Source: Actinomycetota bacterium
Lineage (GTDB): Bacteria > Actinomycetota > Acidimicrobiia > Acidimicrobiales > JAFATL01
Assembly (NCBI GenBank): GCA_041166245.1
Contig: JBEEFQ010000270.1
Coordinates: 1 to 51,418, forward strand
Length of the DNA stretch: 51,418 bases
Direction of reading: 5' to 3'
The stretch's first letter is position 1, and every line of letters starts with the position of its first letter. Positions 38,495-47,721 of the stretch are shown here, piece by piece. The notes under the pieces were generated by a model. That model saw only the letters and a list, made by a program, of their open reading frames with translations, had not been told where the DNA came from and made no database searches. The position numbers were made by a program, and so were the translations under genes.

Positions 38495-39746
38495 AGGTCT
38501 TGGTCTCGGACTCGGCCGCGGCCCAGCTGTAGATGCCTCTCGACATGACGGAGAGCTCGGACTCGGTGCGGGCCTTGAACACTTCGGCGCGCGCCGCGTG
38601 GACGCCGCCGTCTTCCGGTGCGGCCTGTGCCGCCAGCTCGGCCAGGTGGCAGGCGAGGCGCAGGTTCCCCTCGGCCGCGAGGGCGGAGGCCCGTTCGGCC
38701 AGCACGGCCGCGCCGCCCGCCAGCTCGGCCAGCTCGCGGGCCAGCTCCGCTTCCGGAGCGGGCTTGAGGTGGGCAGGGTTCCCGTCGTACCAGCCGCCGT
38801 ACAGTCGCCAGACGTTGCGCACGACGAACTCGGGCTCGTCGTAGACGGGCCGCAGATAGGGCTTGTCGAGCAGGCCGTCGGGGGCCCGCACGGTGTGGAT
38901 GATCTCGTCGAGGCGGGCGCCCTGGTTCATCATCTCCACGGTCTGGTCGTGGAGGGAGTCGAGGAGGTCGGCCGTGTCGGTGAGCGCCTGGACGATGCGG
39001 TCGGCACCGATGATCGGCAGACCGTGGCCCGACAGCATCACCTCGGCGCCCAGCCCCACCATGACCCGCAGCGCGTCGGCCCACTCCTTCGGGTAGCGCT
39101 GCACCTTCTGGGGGTTGCCGGCGTTGGGCGAGGCCCAGATGAAGAGGTCGCCGCAGCACAGCACCTTGCGCTCGGGCACCCACGTCCACGTGTGGTCGTC
39201 GGTCTCGCCGCGGGCGTGGTGCAGTTCGAACGTCTCGCCACCGACCTCGACGCGCAGCAGGTCGCGGTAGGTCTCGTCCGGGTAGCGGTACTCCGTCGGC
39301 CAGTGCAGGTTGGGCGCCCGGAACTGGCGCTGGTTGATCACGCCGTTGTACCCGGCGGTGAGGATGTACCTGTCGAAGCGCGGCGGGAGGGCCTCGTGGG
39401 CGATGACCCGCGGCATGGCCCATCCGTTCGCGGACGCCTCCTCCTCGAACACGGGCACCCCGAAGACGTGGTCGATGTGGCCGTGGGAGTACACCGCGGT
39501 GTGCAACGGCCGGTCGTTCCACGACCGCAGCTGGCCGTGCACGGTCTTGGCCATGAACTGGCTGCCGGTGTCGACGAGCACGAGCCCGTCCTCGGTCGCG
39601 AACGCGGCCACGTTGGCGAACGAGGGCACGAAGGCGGTGCGGTCCATCACCTCGACCAGGTCGCCCATGAAGGTGATGGGGTTCACGTCGGTGGTCGACT
39701 TCTCACCCCGCCACAGCTGCTCGGCCAGCTCCAGGACGTCAGCCAC
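38493..39746 (-). CDS. Alkyl/aryl sulfatase-like metallo-beta-lactamase-fold hydrolase with dimerization domain
   Basis: LVDTG, YSHGHIDH, GETDDH, PNAGNPQKVQRY, SGHG, WRLYGGWYDGNPAHL. Confidence 0.88.
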   Translation of the reverse strand: MADVLELAEQLWRGEKSTTDVNPITFMGDLVEVMDRTAFVPSFANVAAFATEDGLVLVDTGSQFMAKTVHGQLRSWNDRPLHTAVYSHGHIDHVFGVPVFEEEASANGWAMPRVIAHEALPPRFDRYILTAGYNGVINQRQFRAPNLHWPTEYRYPDETYRDLLRVEVGGETFELHHARGETDDHTWTWVPERKVLCCGDLFIWASPNAGNPQKVQRYPKEWADALRVMVGLGAEVMLSGHGLPIIGADRIVQALTDTADLLDSLHDQTVEMMNQGARLDEIIHTVRAPDGLLDKPYLRPVYDEPEFVVRNVWRLYGGWYDGNPAHLKPAPEAELARELAELAGGAAVLAERASALAAEGNLRLACHLAELAAQAAPEDGGVHAARAEVFKARTESELSVMSRGIYSWAAAESETKT

Positions 39747-39830
39747 GGCGCCATGCCTACCATCGGTCCGGCGCAGGTGCTCGGGTGCGGCCAGACGGCA
39801 CGACACGCGCCCTGCCTACGATGCCTGACC

Positions 39831-40691
39831 ATGGACTTCGGCATCATCTTCGCCAACGTCGGCCCTGCGGTGCAGCCCGAGCACGCGGCGGCGCTGGCCC
39901 AACTGGCCGAGGAGAACGGCTTCGACTCGCTGTGGACCGTCGAGCACGTGCTCGTGCCCGCTGACTACACCTCGGAGTACCCGTACTCGCCGAACGGGAA
40001 GATGCCGGGCCCCGAGGAGTCGCCGATTCCCGACCCGCTGGTGTGGCTGACCTACGTCGGCGCTGTCACCAAGCGCATCAAGTTGGCGACGGGCGTGCTC
40101 ATCCTCCCCCAACGCAACCCGCTGGTCCTGGCCAAGGAAGTGGCGACGCTGGACGTGCTGTCCGGCGGTCGCGTCATGCTCGGCGTCGGGGTGGGGTGGC
40201 TGCGCGAGGAGTTCGACGCCATCGGCGTCCCCTTCGAGGAGCGCGGTGCGCGCACTGACGAGTACGTCGCGGCGATGCGCGCCCTGTGGACCGAGGACGA
40301 GGCCACCTTCAAGGGGCAGTTCACGTCCTTCGAGCGGGCCAAGAGCTTCCCCAAGCCCGTCCGCGGCACGGTGCCCATCGTCGTCGGTGGCCACACCAAG
40401 CCCGCCGCCCGCCGGGCCGGCCGCCTGGGCGACGGCTTCTTCCCGGCCAAGACGTCGCCCGACGAGCTGGCCGACCTGCTCGACGAGATGCGCAAGGCGG
40501 CCAAGGACGCGGGACGCGACGGCGACGCCATCGAGGTGACCGCCGGTGGATCGATGGACGTCGACGGCATCAAACGCTTCGCCGACCTCGGCGTCAGCCG
40601 CATCGTCATCCCGCCCCTCGGGTTCGATGTCGAGACCCTCAAGGCCCAGCTCGGCAACTTCGCCGACAACGTGATCGCAAAGGTGAACTGA
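39831..40691 (+). CDS. LLM-class F420-dependent oxidoreductase
   Basis: GFDSLWTVEH, LATGVLILPQRNP, LAKEVATLDVLSGGR, GVGWLREEF. Confidence 0.92.
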   Translation: MDFGIIFANVGPAVQPEHAAALAQLAEENGFDSLWTVEHVLVPADYTSEYPYSPNGKMPGPEESPIPDPLVWLTYVGAVTKRIKLATGVLILPQRNPLVLAKEVATLDVLSGGRVMLGVGVGWLREEFDAIGVPFEERGARTDEYVAAMRALWTEDEATFKGQFTSFERAKSFPKPVRGTVPIVVGGHTKPAARRAGRLGDGFFPAKTSPDELADLLDEMRKAAKDAGRDGDAIEVTAGGSMDVDGIKRFADLGVSRIVIPPLGFDVETLKAQLGNFADNVIAKVN

Positions 40692-41590
40692 TGGAGATCC
40701 TGCGGACGCCCGACGAGCGCTTCGCCGACCTGCCCGGCTACCCGTTCGAGCCCAACTACGTCGAGATCGCCGACGGGCTGCGCGTGCACTACGTCGACGA
40801 AGGGCCGCGTGACGGCGAGGTCGTGCTCATGTTGCACGGGGAGCCGAGCTGGTCGTACCTCTACCGCAAGATGATCCCGGTCTTCACCGCCGCGGGACTG
40901 CGGTCGATCGCACCGGACCTCGTCGGGTTCGGCCGGTCGGACAAGCCCACGCCCCGAACGGAGTACACGTACCAACGACACGTCGATTGGACCTGGGAGG
41001 CCGTGGAGAGGATTGGTGTCAAGGACATGACGCTGATCGGCCAGGACTGGGGCAGCCTCATCGGGATGCGGCTGCTTGCCGAGCATCCCGATGACTTCGC
41101 GCGCATGGTCATCGCCAACGGGTTCCTGCCCACGGGTGACAACCCGCCGGGCGAGGCGTTCCTCGCGTGGCAGAAGTTCTCCCAGGAGGTGCCGGAGATG
41201 CCGATCGGCGGCATCATCAACGGCGGGAGCGCCACCGACCTCTCGGCCGAAGTGATCGCGGCCTACGACGCTCCGTTCCCCGACGAGACCTACAAGGAAG
41301 GGGCGCGCCAGTTCCCGTTGCTCGTCCCCACGTCGCCCGACGACCCCGCCGCCGCGCCCAACCGCAAGGCGTGGGAGTCGCTGGGCGCCTTCAAGAAGCC
41401 GGTCCTGACCGCCTTCGGCGACAGTGACCCGATCACGCGCGGGGGCGAGCGCGTCATCCAGAAGCTCATCCCCGGGGCCGAGGGTCAGCCCCACACCACC
41501 ATCGAAGGTGGCGGCCACTTCATCCAGGAGGACCGCGGCGAGGAGTTGGCCGCGGTCGTCGTCGAGTTCATCCAGAAAACACCGAGGTAG
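40691..41590 (+). CDS. Haloalkane dehalogenase (alpha/beta hydrolase)
   Basis: LRTPDERF, HGEPSWSYLY, GFGRSDKP, nucleophile QDWG, AYDAPFP, GHFIQED. Confidence 0.92.
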   Translation: MEILRTPDERFADLPGYPFEPNYVEIADGLRVHYVDEGPRDGEVVLMLHGEPSWSYLYRKMIPVFTAAGLRSIAPDLVGFGRSDKPTPRTEYTYQRHVDWTWEAVERIGVKDMTLIGQDWGSLIGMRLLAEHPDDFARMVIANGFLPTGDNPPGEAFLAWQKFSQEVPEMPIGGIINGGSATDLSAEVIAAYDAPFPDETYKEGARQFPLLVPTSPDDPAAAPNRKAWESLGAFKKPVLTAFGDSDPITRGGERVIQKLIPGAEGQPHTTIEGGGHFIQEDRGEELAAVVVEFIQKTPR

Positions 41591-41595
41591 CTGCG

Positions 41596-43197
41596 TTGGC
41601 CGGCGTTCCCATCACTGTCACCCTCCGCACCCTGGCCGAGACGGGGATGATGAACCCCGGCCTCCTCATCAACATGGGTCTGGCCGCCCGCAAGTGGGGG
41701 CTCACGCCCGCGGTCGGGTTCGCGGCCGGGGCCAGGCGCCATCCCGACAAGGTCGCGCTGGTGGACGAGATCGGTGAGCTGTCCTATGGCGAGGTGCACG
41801 ACCGCACCAACCGGCTGGCCAACGCCCTCGTCGAGTTGGGCGTGCAGCCGGGCCAGGGCGTGGGCGTCATGTGCCGCGACCACCGCGGCTTCATCGACGC
41901 CAGCGTGGCCCTGGCCAAGATCGGCGCCGACACGCTGTACCTCAACACCGGGTTCGCCGCGCCCCAGCTGGCCGATGTCATGGAGCGCGAGGGCGCGGTC
42001 GGGCTCATCTACGACCAGGAGTTCGCCAAGCTCCTCGACAAGGTCAAGACCGACCACCGCATCGTGGCCTGGGTCGACGACGAGGCGGGCAACGACGACC
42101 CGACGCTCGAGGCGCTCATCGAGAAGGGCAGCACCGACGAGCCGTCCAAGCCCGAGAAGGAGGGCCGCATCGTCATCCTCACGTCGGGGACGACGGGCAC
42201 GCCCAAGGGCGCACCCCGCAAGTCGGTCAAGGGCCTGGGGCCCCTGGTGTCGTTCTTGTCCAAGATCCCCCTGCGCACCGGCGAGATGACCCACATCGCC
42301 GCGCCCCTGTTCCACTCGTGGGGGATGGCGCACCTCACCATCGCCCAGGGGCTGGGCTCGTCCGTCTCGATCCGCCGCAAGTTCGACCCGGAGGAGACGC
42401 TCGAGGCCATCGACAAGTACAAGCCCACGGTGCTGGCCGTCGTGCCGGTCATGCTGCAGCGCATCCTCGACCTGCCCCAAGGCGTGCGGGCCAAGTACGA
42501 CACGTCGTCGCTGCGCGTCATCGCGGCCAGCGGGTCGGCCCTCAGCGGCAAGCTCGCCACCCGCACCATGGACTCCTTCGGCGACATCCTCTACAACCTC
42601 TACGGCTCCACCGAAGTGGCGTGGGCGTCCATCGCCATCCCCGAGGACATGCGGGCCGCGCCCGACACCGCGGGCAAGCCGCCCGTCGGCACCGTCGTGA
42701 AGATCTTCGACAACGACGGCAAGGAGCTGCCCATCGGCGAGACGGGCCGCATCTTCGTCGGCAACGACATGCTGTTCGAGGGCTACACCGGCGGCGGGAA
42801 CAAGGAGTTCATCGACGGGCTCATGAGCTCGGGCGACGTGGGCCACCTCGATGACGAGGGGCGCCTGTTCGTCGAAGGCCGCGACGACGACATGATCGTG
42901 TCGGGTGGGGAGAACGTGTTCCCGGCCGAGGTCGAGGACCTCATCGGCGGGCACGACGCGGTCGAGGAGGTAGCCGTCATCGGCGTGGACGACGAGCAGT
43001 ACGGCCAGCGCCTCAAGGCGTTCGTCGTCACGCGCGACGGTTCGTCGCTCACCGAGGACGACGTGAAGGCCTACGTGCGCGAGCACCTGGCCCGCTACAA
43101 GATCCCCCGCGAGGTCACCTTCGTCGACGAGCTCCCCCGCAACACCACCGGCAAGGTCCTCAAGCGCGACCTGCGCGAGCGCGAGACCAAAGACTGA
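41596..43197 (+). CDS. Acyl-CoA synthetase (AMP-binding)
   Basis: LTSGTTGTPKG, YGSTE, SGDVG, DMIVSGGENVFP, TGKVLK. Confidence 0.93.
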   Translation: MAGVPITVTLRTLAETGMMNPGLLINMGLAARKWGLTPAVGFAAGARRHPDKVALVDEIGELSYGEVHDRTNRLANALVELGVQPGQGVGVMCRDHRGFIDASVALAKIGADTLYLNTGFAAPQLADVMEREGAVGLIYDQEFAKLLDKVKTDHRIVAWVDDEAGNDDPTLEALIEKGSTDEPSKPEKEGRIVILTSGTTGTPKGAPRKSVKGLGPLVSFLSKIPLRTGEMTHIAAPLFHSWGMAHLTIAQGLGSSVSIRRKFDPEETLEAIDKYKPTVLAVVPVMLQRILDLPQGVRAKYDTSSLRVIAASGSALSGKLATRTMDSFGDILYNLYGSTEVAWASIAIPEDMRAAPDTAGKPPVGTVVKIFDNDGKELPIGETGRIFVGNDMLFEGYTGGGNKEFIDGLMSSGDVGHLDDEGRLFVEGRDDDMIVSGGENVFPAEVEDLIGGHDAVEEVAVIGVDDEQYGQRLKAFVVTRDGSSLTEDDVKAYVREHLARYKIPREVTFVDELPRNTTGKVLKRDLRERETKD

Positions 43198-43198
43198 T

Positions 43199-43251
43199 TC
43201 GTTCTTTAGCGCGTAGGCCCCATATATCCGGGCTTACGCGCCAAAGAACGA
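43199..43251. repeat. REP-like palindrome between convergent genes
   Basis: TCGTTCTTTAGCGCGTAGGCCC-CATATATCC-GGGCTTACGCGCCAAAGAACGA. Confidence 0.88.
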
Positions 43252-43270
43252 GATGCGTGTGCCAGTCCGC

Positions 43271-43681
43271 CTAGCGGCGGGTGGCCTTCTTGGCGGGGGC
43301 CTTGCGTGCAACGGTGGCCTTCTTGGCCGGGGCGCGCTTGGCCGGGGCCTTCTTCGCAGCCGGGGCCTTCTTGGCGGGGGCGGCCTTCTTGGCCGGAGCG
43401 GCCTTGCCGGCCATCACCGCGTCCTTGAACGCCTTGAGGGCGGTCACGCGCACCTTCTTGGAGGCCTTGATCTTGATGGCCTCGCCGGTGGCGGGGTTGC
43501 GGCCCATGCGGGCCGGACGTGAGACCTTCGCCAGCTTGAGGAAGCCGGTGATGGCGACGGGTTCGCCCTTGGCCACGACGGCGGTCACGACGTCAGTGAA
43601 ACCCTTGATCGTTTCATCGACGCTGCGGGGCTCCTGCCCGGTCTGGGCAGCAACAGCGTTCACGAGCTCTCGGCGATTCAT
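43271..43681 (-). CDS. hup: HU family DNA-binding protein with a Lys/Ala/Pro-rich tail
   Basis: MNRRELV, ARMGRNPATGEAIKI, PAKKA-type repeats; RBS GGAGGA. Confidence 0.95.
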   Translation of the reverse strand: MNRRELVNAVAAQTGQEPRSVDETIKGFTDVVTAVVAKGEPVAITGFLKLAKVSRPARMGRNPATGEAIKIKASKKVRVTALKAFKDAVMAGKAAPAKKAAPAKKAPAAKKAPAKRAPAKKATVARKAPAKKATRR

Positions 43682-43754
43682 CGATCCTCCTGGTAGGCCA
43701 GGCTGAAGAATGTAGTGCGGCGCGACCACGCCACTGTGCGTCTCCGCGTCGTTT

Positions 43755-44627
43755 CTAGGAGATCGCCTCGAGGGCCTCGTCGAAGAGGTGGAACAGCGCG
43801 GGACGCGGCCCCTGGCGCAGGCCGAGGGCCAGCCGCCTGGCGCGGACCGCGAGGTCGCGGGCGGTGCGCCCCGGCCACGGCCGCGGTAACAGCTCGGGCG
43901 GCAGCAGGGGGTCGCTGTCGAAGCAGTCCATATAACTGATGGCCATGGCGAACGCGCCGGGCAGGAAGTTCTCCTCGGCCAGGCGCTGGCGGCGCTGGCG
44001 CATGTCCTCGAGCAGCTCGAGCACGGCCTTGAACTGCCGGATGAAGCGCTCGTAACGCCCGGCCAGGTCGTCCACCGGCCACAGCGTGCGGGCCAGCTCG
44101 CGCGGGTCCTTCTCCCCGCCCACGTCGAGGTCGTCGGTGCTGGCCAGGGTGACGGCGTCGCCGATGCCGAGGCGCTCGGCCGTCGCCCGCACGTCCTTTC
44201 CCCACGGATGCGGTGACACGTACAGCCCGCCCTGCACCGCCGCGCCCCCGACGGCCAGCAGGTGATCGCGCAGCGCGTCGCGCGCCGCCCGCTTCGTCTC
44301 GGGGACGGCGAACGCCACCAGGTGCCAGTGCCGGTCCCAGCCCCGGCCTGCCGCATCCTGCACGTAGGCGAGGCGGGTGCGCTCGACGTAGGACCCGAGC
44401 CCACCCAACCCATGTTGGGTTGCTCGGTAGACAGCATCACGCCCGGCGCCGTCCCGGGAGAAGAGACCCTCGGTCACCAACCTGCGCAGGCAGGAGCGGA
44501 TCTGATCGGGCGTCTGTCCGCAGGCCTCCGCAACTGGGTAGAGCTCGGAGGCAAGGATGGTGCCGTCCTCGTGGGCCATGCCCATCACGAGGATTCTGGT
44601 CGGAATGGGCACGGTCGTATCGACCAC
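43755..44627 (-). CDS. PaaX-family transcriptional regulator
   Basis: wHTH (IRSCLRRLVTEG), WDRHWHLVAFAVPE, GLYVSP, DPLLPPELLPRPWPG; start 44627 or 44612. Confidence 0.88.
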   Translation of the reverse strand: MVDTTVPIPTRILVMGMAHEDGTILASELYPVAEACGQTPDQIRSCLRRLVTEGLFSRDGAGRDAVYRATQHGLGGLGSYVERTRLAYVQDAAGRGWDRHWHLVAFAVPETKRAARDALRDHLLAVGGAAVQGGLYVSPHPWGKDVRATAERLGIGDAVTLASTDDLDVGGEKDPRELARTLWPVDDLAGRYERFIRQFKAVLELLEDMRQRRQRLAEENFLPGAFAMAISYMDCFDSDPLLPPELLPRPWPGRTARDLAVRARRLALGLRQGPRPALFHLFDEALEAIS

Positions 44628-44665
44628 GACCAAACTGTACGGGCCTTCCCAGAAGGGGTCAACCT

Positions 44666-46045
44666 GTGGGTCAACTTGCATCCAGCTCGTGGATCGCACG
44701 GCGCCCTGGCCTGGACGCGGCAGCCGAGCAGTGGCTCGGCGAACGCGACCGGCGCATCGCGTCGGCCGACAAGCGGGCTCGCAGCCTGTTGCGTCCGAGC
44801 CTCGGCACGGGCGGGCTCCTCCGTCTCGGTCAGCTCGCGTCGCAGACCGCGCCCAGCCTCGTTCCCGCCATCGCGGCGCGCGACGGCGAGGCCGCGGTGC
44901 GCGCCCTGGCCCAGGCCGCGCTCAAGGGCGGCCCCACCTACGTGAAGCTCGGCCAGCTCATCTCGACCACCAAAGGGCTGGTGCCGGACTGGATCGCCGA
45001 GCCGTTCGCCGGGTGCCGCGACGCGGTGCCGCCCGCGTCGACCCTTGCCATCGCCGGCGTCCTGCGTCGCTCGGGCATCGACCGCCGTCTCCGATCGTGG
45101 GACCCCAAGCCCATCGCCTCCGCGTCGGTGGCACAGGTGCACGCCGCGGTGCTCACCGACGGCACCGACGTGGTCGTCAAGGTGCGGCGGCCTGGCGTGG
45201 TGGGCACCGTCGCCGCGGACGCGTCCTACCTGCTGCCCGCGCTGATGGTCGCGGAGCTGACGAACGAGCGGCTGCGCCTGGCCAACCTGCGCGGACTCGT
45301 CGAGCTCATGATCCGCCTGTTCGCCCAGGAGGTCGACCTGCGGTTGGAGGCGACCAACATCGTGGAGATGGCGCTGGCCTTCGAACGGGCCGGCCTCGAC
45401 GTGCACGTGCCCGCGCCCATCCCCGGCCTCGTCACCAAGCGAGCGCTGGTGATGGAGCGCGTCGACGGCGTGTCGAGCGCCGACATGGACGGGGTGGCGG
45501 CGTACGGCCACGTGGCTGAGGACCTCGTCCGACTCGCCATCGTCGCCGTGCTCGAGACCACCTTCGTGGACGGGATCTTCCACGGCGACCTCCACCCCGG
45601 CAACGTCTTCGTCACCGAGCGGGGGCTGGCGCTGCTCGACTTCGGCATCGTCGGCCGCCTGACCCCCATCCAGCGGCGCAGCCTCATTCGACTCATCACC
45701 GCCGGGATGGCCGAGGACCAGGTCGGCGTGCTCGACGCCCTCAAGGACTTCGGGGCCCTTCCGCGCGACGCCGATACGAGCGCTCTGTCCGCCCTGCTGC
45801 CCGAGCCGCCGACGATGGACGAGCGCCGGGCCTTCATCGCCAACCCGACGCTCATGGAGGACCGCCTCGGCCAGATCATCGCCGCCCTGCACGCCAGTGG
45901 CTTTCGGGTGCCGCCCGAGCTGACCCTCTTCGTGAAGAACGCGCTCTACCTCAACGATGCGATCCTGCGCCACGCACCTCAGTTCGACGTCCTCGGCGAG
46001 CTCATGGGCATGCTCCCCAGGCTGCTCGCGCTGGGCGAGGACTGA
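44666..46045 (+). CDS. ABC1/AarF/UbiB family atypical kinase
   Basis: GPTYVKLGQ, ASASVAQVH, VVKVRRP, FHGDLHPGN, DFG. Confidence 0.9.
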   Translation: MGQLASSSWIARRPGLDAAAEQWLGERDRRIASADKRARSLLRPSLGTGGLLRLGQLASQTAPSLVPAIAARDGEAAVRALAQAALKGGPTYVKLGQLISTTKGLVPDWIAEPFAGCRDAVPPASTLAIAGVLRRSGIDRRLRSWDPKPIASASVAQVHAAVLTDGTDVVVKVRRPGVVGTVAADASYLLPALMVAELTNERLRLANLRGLVELMIRLFAQEVDLRLEATNIVEMALAFERAGLDVHVPAPIPGLVTKRALVMERVDGVSSADMDGVAAYGHVAEDLVRLAIVAVLETTFVDGIFHGDLHPGNVFVTERGLALLDFGIVGRLTPIQRRSLIRLITAGMAEDQVGVLDALKDFGALPRDADTSALSALLPEPPTMDERRAFIANPTLMEDRLGQIIAALHASGFRVPPELTLFVKNALYLNDAILRHAPQFDVLGELMGMLPRLLALGED

Positions 46046-46070
46046 TTTTCGAAGTTTTCCGAAGAAATCG

Positions 46071-46099
46071 CTCAAGGTTTCGGCCCTGGCTGCCGATGA
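46071..46099 (+). promoter_or_regulatory. Sigma28/FliA-type promoter upstream of the diguanylate cyclase
   Basis: CTCAAG-N15-GCCGATGA, 38 nt before the ATG at 46138, with AT-rich sequence upstream. Confidence 0.72.
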
Positions 46100-46137
46100 G
46101 GGCAGGGCACGCAGCACCGGAGCGGGGGGTCTCTCCG

Positions 46138-47721
46138 ATGGCGACCGCAGGCGAGCGAGTCACCTTCCGATCACTGTGTGCTGTCGCCGCGACGCTCACC
46201 GTCGTCTTCGTGGCCTGGCTCCAGTTCGGATTCGGTGGCGAGCGCGTCACCACGGCCGTGGACGACTACGGCGAAGCGGCGGCCGCCCTCGTCGCCGCCA
46301 GCGCCTGCTTCTGGGCCGCCCACCGGTCTGACGCCAAGGCCCGCACCGGGTGGAGCTTGCTGGGCCTGGCCGCGCTGGCCTGGGGACTGGGCGAGCTGTG
46401 GTGGGCCCACCAGGAGGTCGTCCGGGACAGGGACGTCCCGTTCCCGTCCGTCGCCGACGCCGGGTTCCTCGCCGCTGTTCCCCTGGCTGCACTCGGCATG
46501 CTGCTGTGGCCCGGCGCCTTCCATGACGTGTCGCACCGCCTGCGCGCCGCCCTCGACGGGGGCGTCATCGCCGCCTCCCTGCTCTTCGTCAGCTGGGCCC
46601 TGGTGCTGGGGCCGCTGTGGAGCGCGCCCGAGGATCGTCTGTTGGCGACGGTGATCGCCCTCGCCTATCCGGTGGGCGACGTGGCCATCCTCACGATCGT
46701 GCTGCTCGTCATCGCATCCGCCGACCGGCGCATGTGGGGTCCACTGCTGCTCGTCGGCGCAGGGCTCTCGGCCATCGCAGTCAGCGACAGCGCCTTTGCC
46801 TACTTCACCGACAAGGGCGTCTACGGCGCCGATCTCACCGGCGTGGGTTGGTTCGCGGGGTGGCTGCTCGTCGCCCTCGCTGCGCTGCACCCGGCCGCGA
46901 CGGCGTCCACCGCCGACCGCATGGTGTCCGACGACGCGAGCGAGAGCCTGCGCGCCGTGCTGTTGCCGTACGTCCCGCTCGTGCTCGCCGCCGGGCTGCT
47001 GCTCGGCCGGGTGAGTGCGGGCGCCGGCATCGGACCCTTCTTGGCGTGGGACCTCGGCGTCGTCGCCCTCTTGGTGCTGATTCGCCAGCTCATCGTCGTC
47101 CTCGACAACCGCAGCCTGGCTGGTCGCCTGGGCCGGGCCATCGGTGAGCTACGAGGCCGGGAGGATCAGCTCGAGTACCAGGCGTTCCACGACGCCCTCA
47201 CGGGCATGGCCAACCGGGCGCTCTTCTGGGACAGGCTCGGCCATGCCGTCGCCCGCGCCGAACGCGACCACCGTCCCGTCGCCGTGATCTACCTCGACCT
47301 GGACGGCTTCAAGGCGATCAACGACCGGTACGGCCACCTGGTCGGCGACATGATCCTCGCCGGCGTGGCCGAGCGGCTCGAGACCTGCGTGCGTCCGGCC
47401 GACACACTGGCCCGACTCGGCGGCGACGAGTTCGGTGTGGTGGTGGAGGCAGACGACGGGCGGCCGCCCGAGGAGCTCGGCCACCGATTGCTCGCCGCCC
47501 TCACCGACCCGTTCCGCGTCGGCACCGAGCAGGTAGCGGTCGCCGCCAGCGTGGGCATGGCCATCGGGATCTGGTCAGGAGCTGATCAGGCCGTCGCCGC
47601 GGCCGACGCTGCCATGTACCGCGCCAAGTCCGCGGGCAAGGGTCGCGTCGTGGTCGACGTCAGCCGGCGCGCCGCGCACGCGTTGGCCGGCGGCGACTCT
47701 GCTTTCCAGAACGGCGGATGA
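46138..47721 (+). CDS. Membrane-bound diguanylate cyclase (multi-TM sensor plus GGDEF)
   Basis: About 9 TM segments (PFPSVADAGF, LAYPVGD), HDALTGMANR, DLDGFK, I-site RPAD, active site GGDEF. Confidence 0.92.
   Translation: MATAGERVTFRSLCAVAATLTVVFVAWLQFGFGGERVTTAVDDYGEAAAALVAASACFWAAHRSDAKARTGWSLLGLAALAWGLGELWWAHQEVVRDRDVPFPSVADAGFLAAVPLAALGMLLWPGAFHDVSHRLRAALDGGVIAASLLFVSWALVLGPLWSAPEDRLLATVIALAYPVGDVAILTIVLLVIASADRRMWGPLLLVGAGLSAIAVSDSAFAYFTDKGVYGADLTGVGWFAGWLLVALAALHPAATASTADRMVSDDASESLRAVLLPYVPLVLAAGLLLGRVSAGAGIGPFLAWDLGVVALLVLIRQLIVVLDNRSLAGRLGRAIGELRGREDQLEYQAFHDALTGMANRALFWDRLGHAVARAERDHRPVAVIYLDLDGFKAINDRYGHLVGDMILAGVAERLETCVRPADTLARLGGDEFGVVVEADDGRPPEELGHRLLAALTDPFRVGTEQVAVAASVGMAIGIWSGADQAVAAADAAMYRAKSAGKGRVVVDVSRRAAHALAGGDSAFQNGG

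Noticed and set aside
43280-43410. Repeated GGCCTTCTTGGC units, and the 38180 repeat, as a CRISPR array
   Set aside because: These are coding repeats (PAKKA, AKQPQ) without unique spacers; no cas genes.
43682-44440. 389-aa ORF suggesting a long N-terminal extension on HU
   Set aside because: The extension is an alternate frame of the PaaX gene; HU has its own RBS and ATG at 43681.
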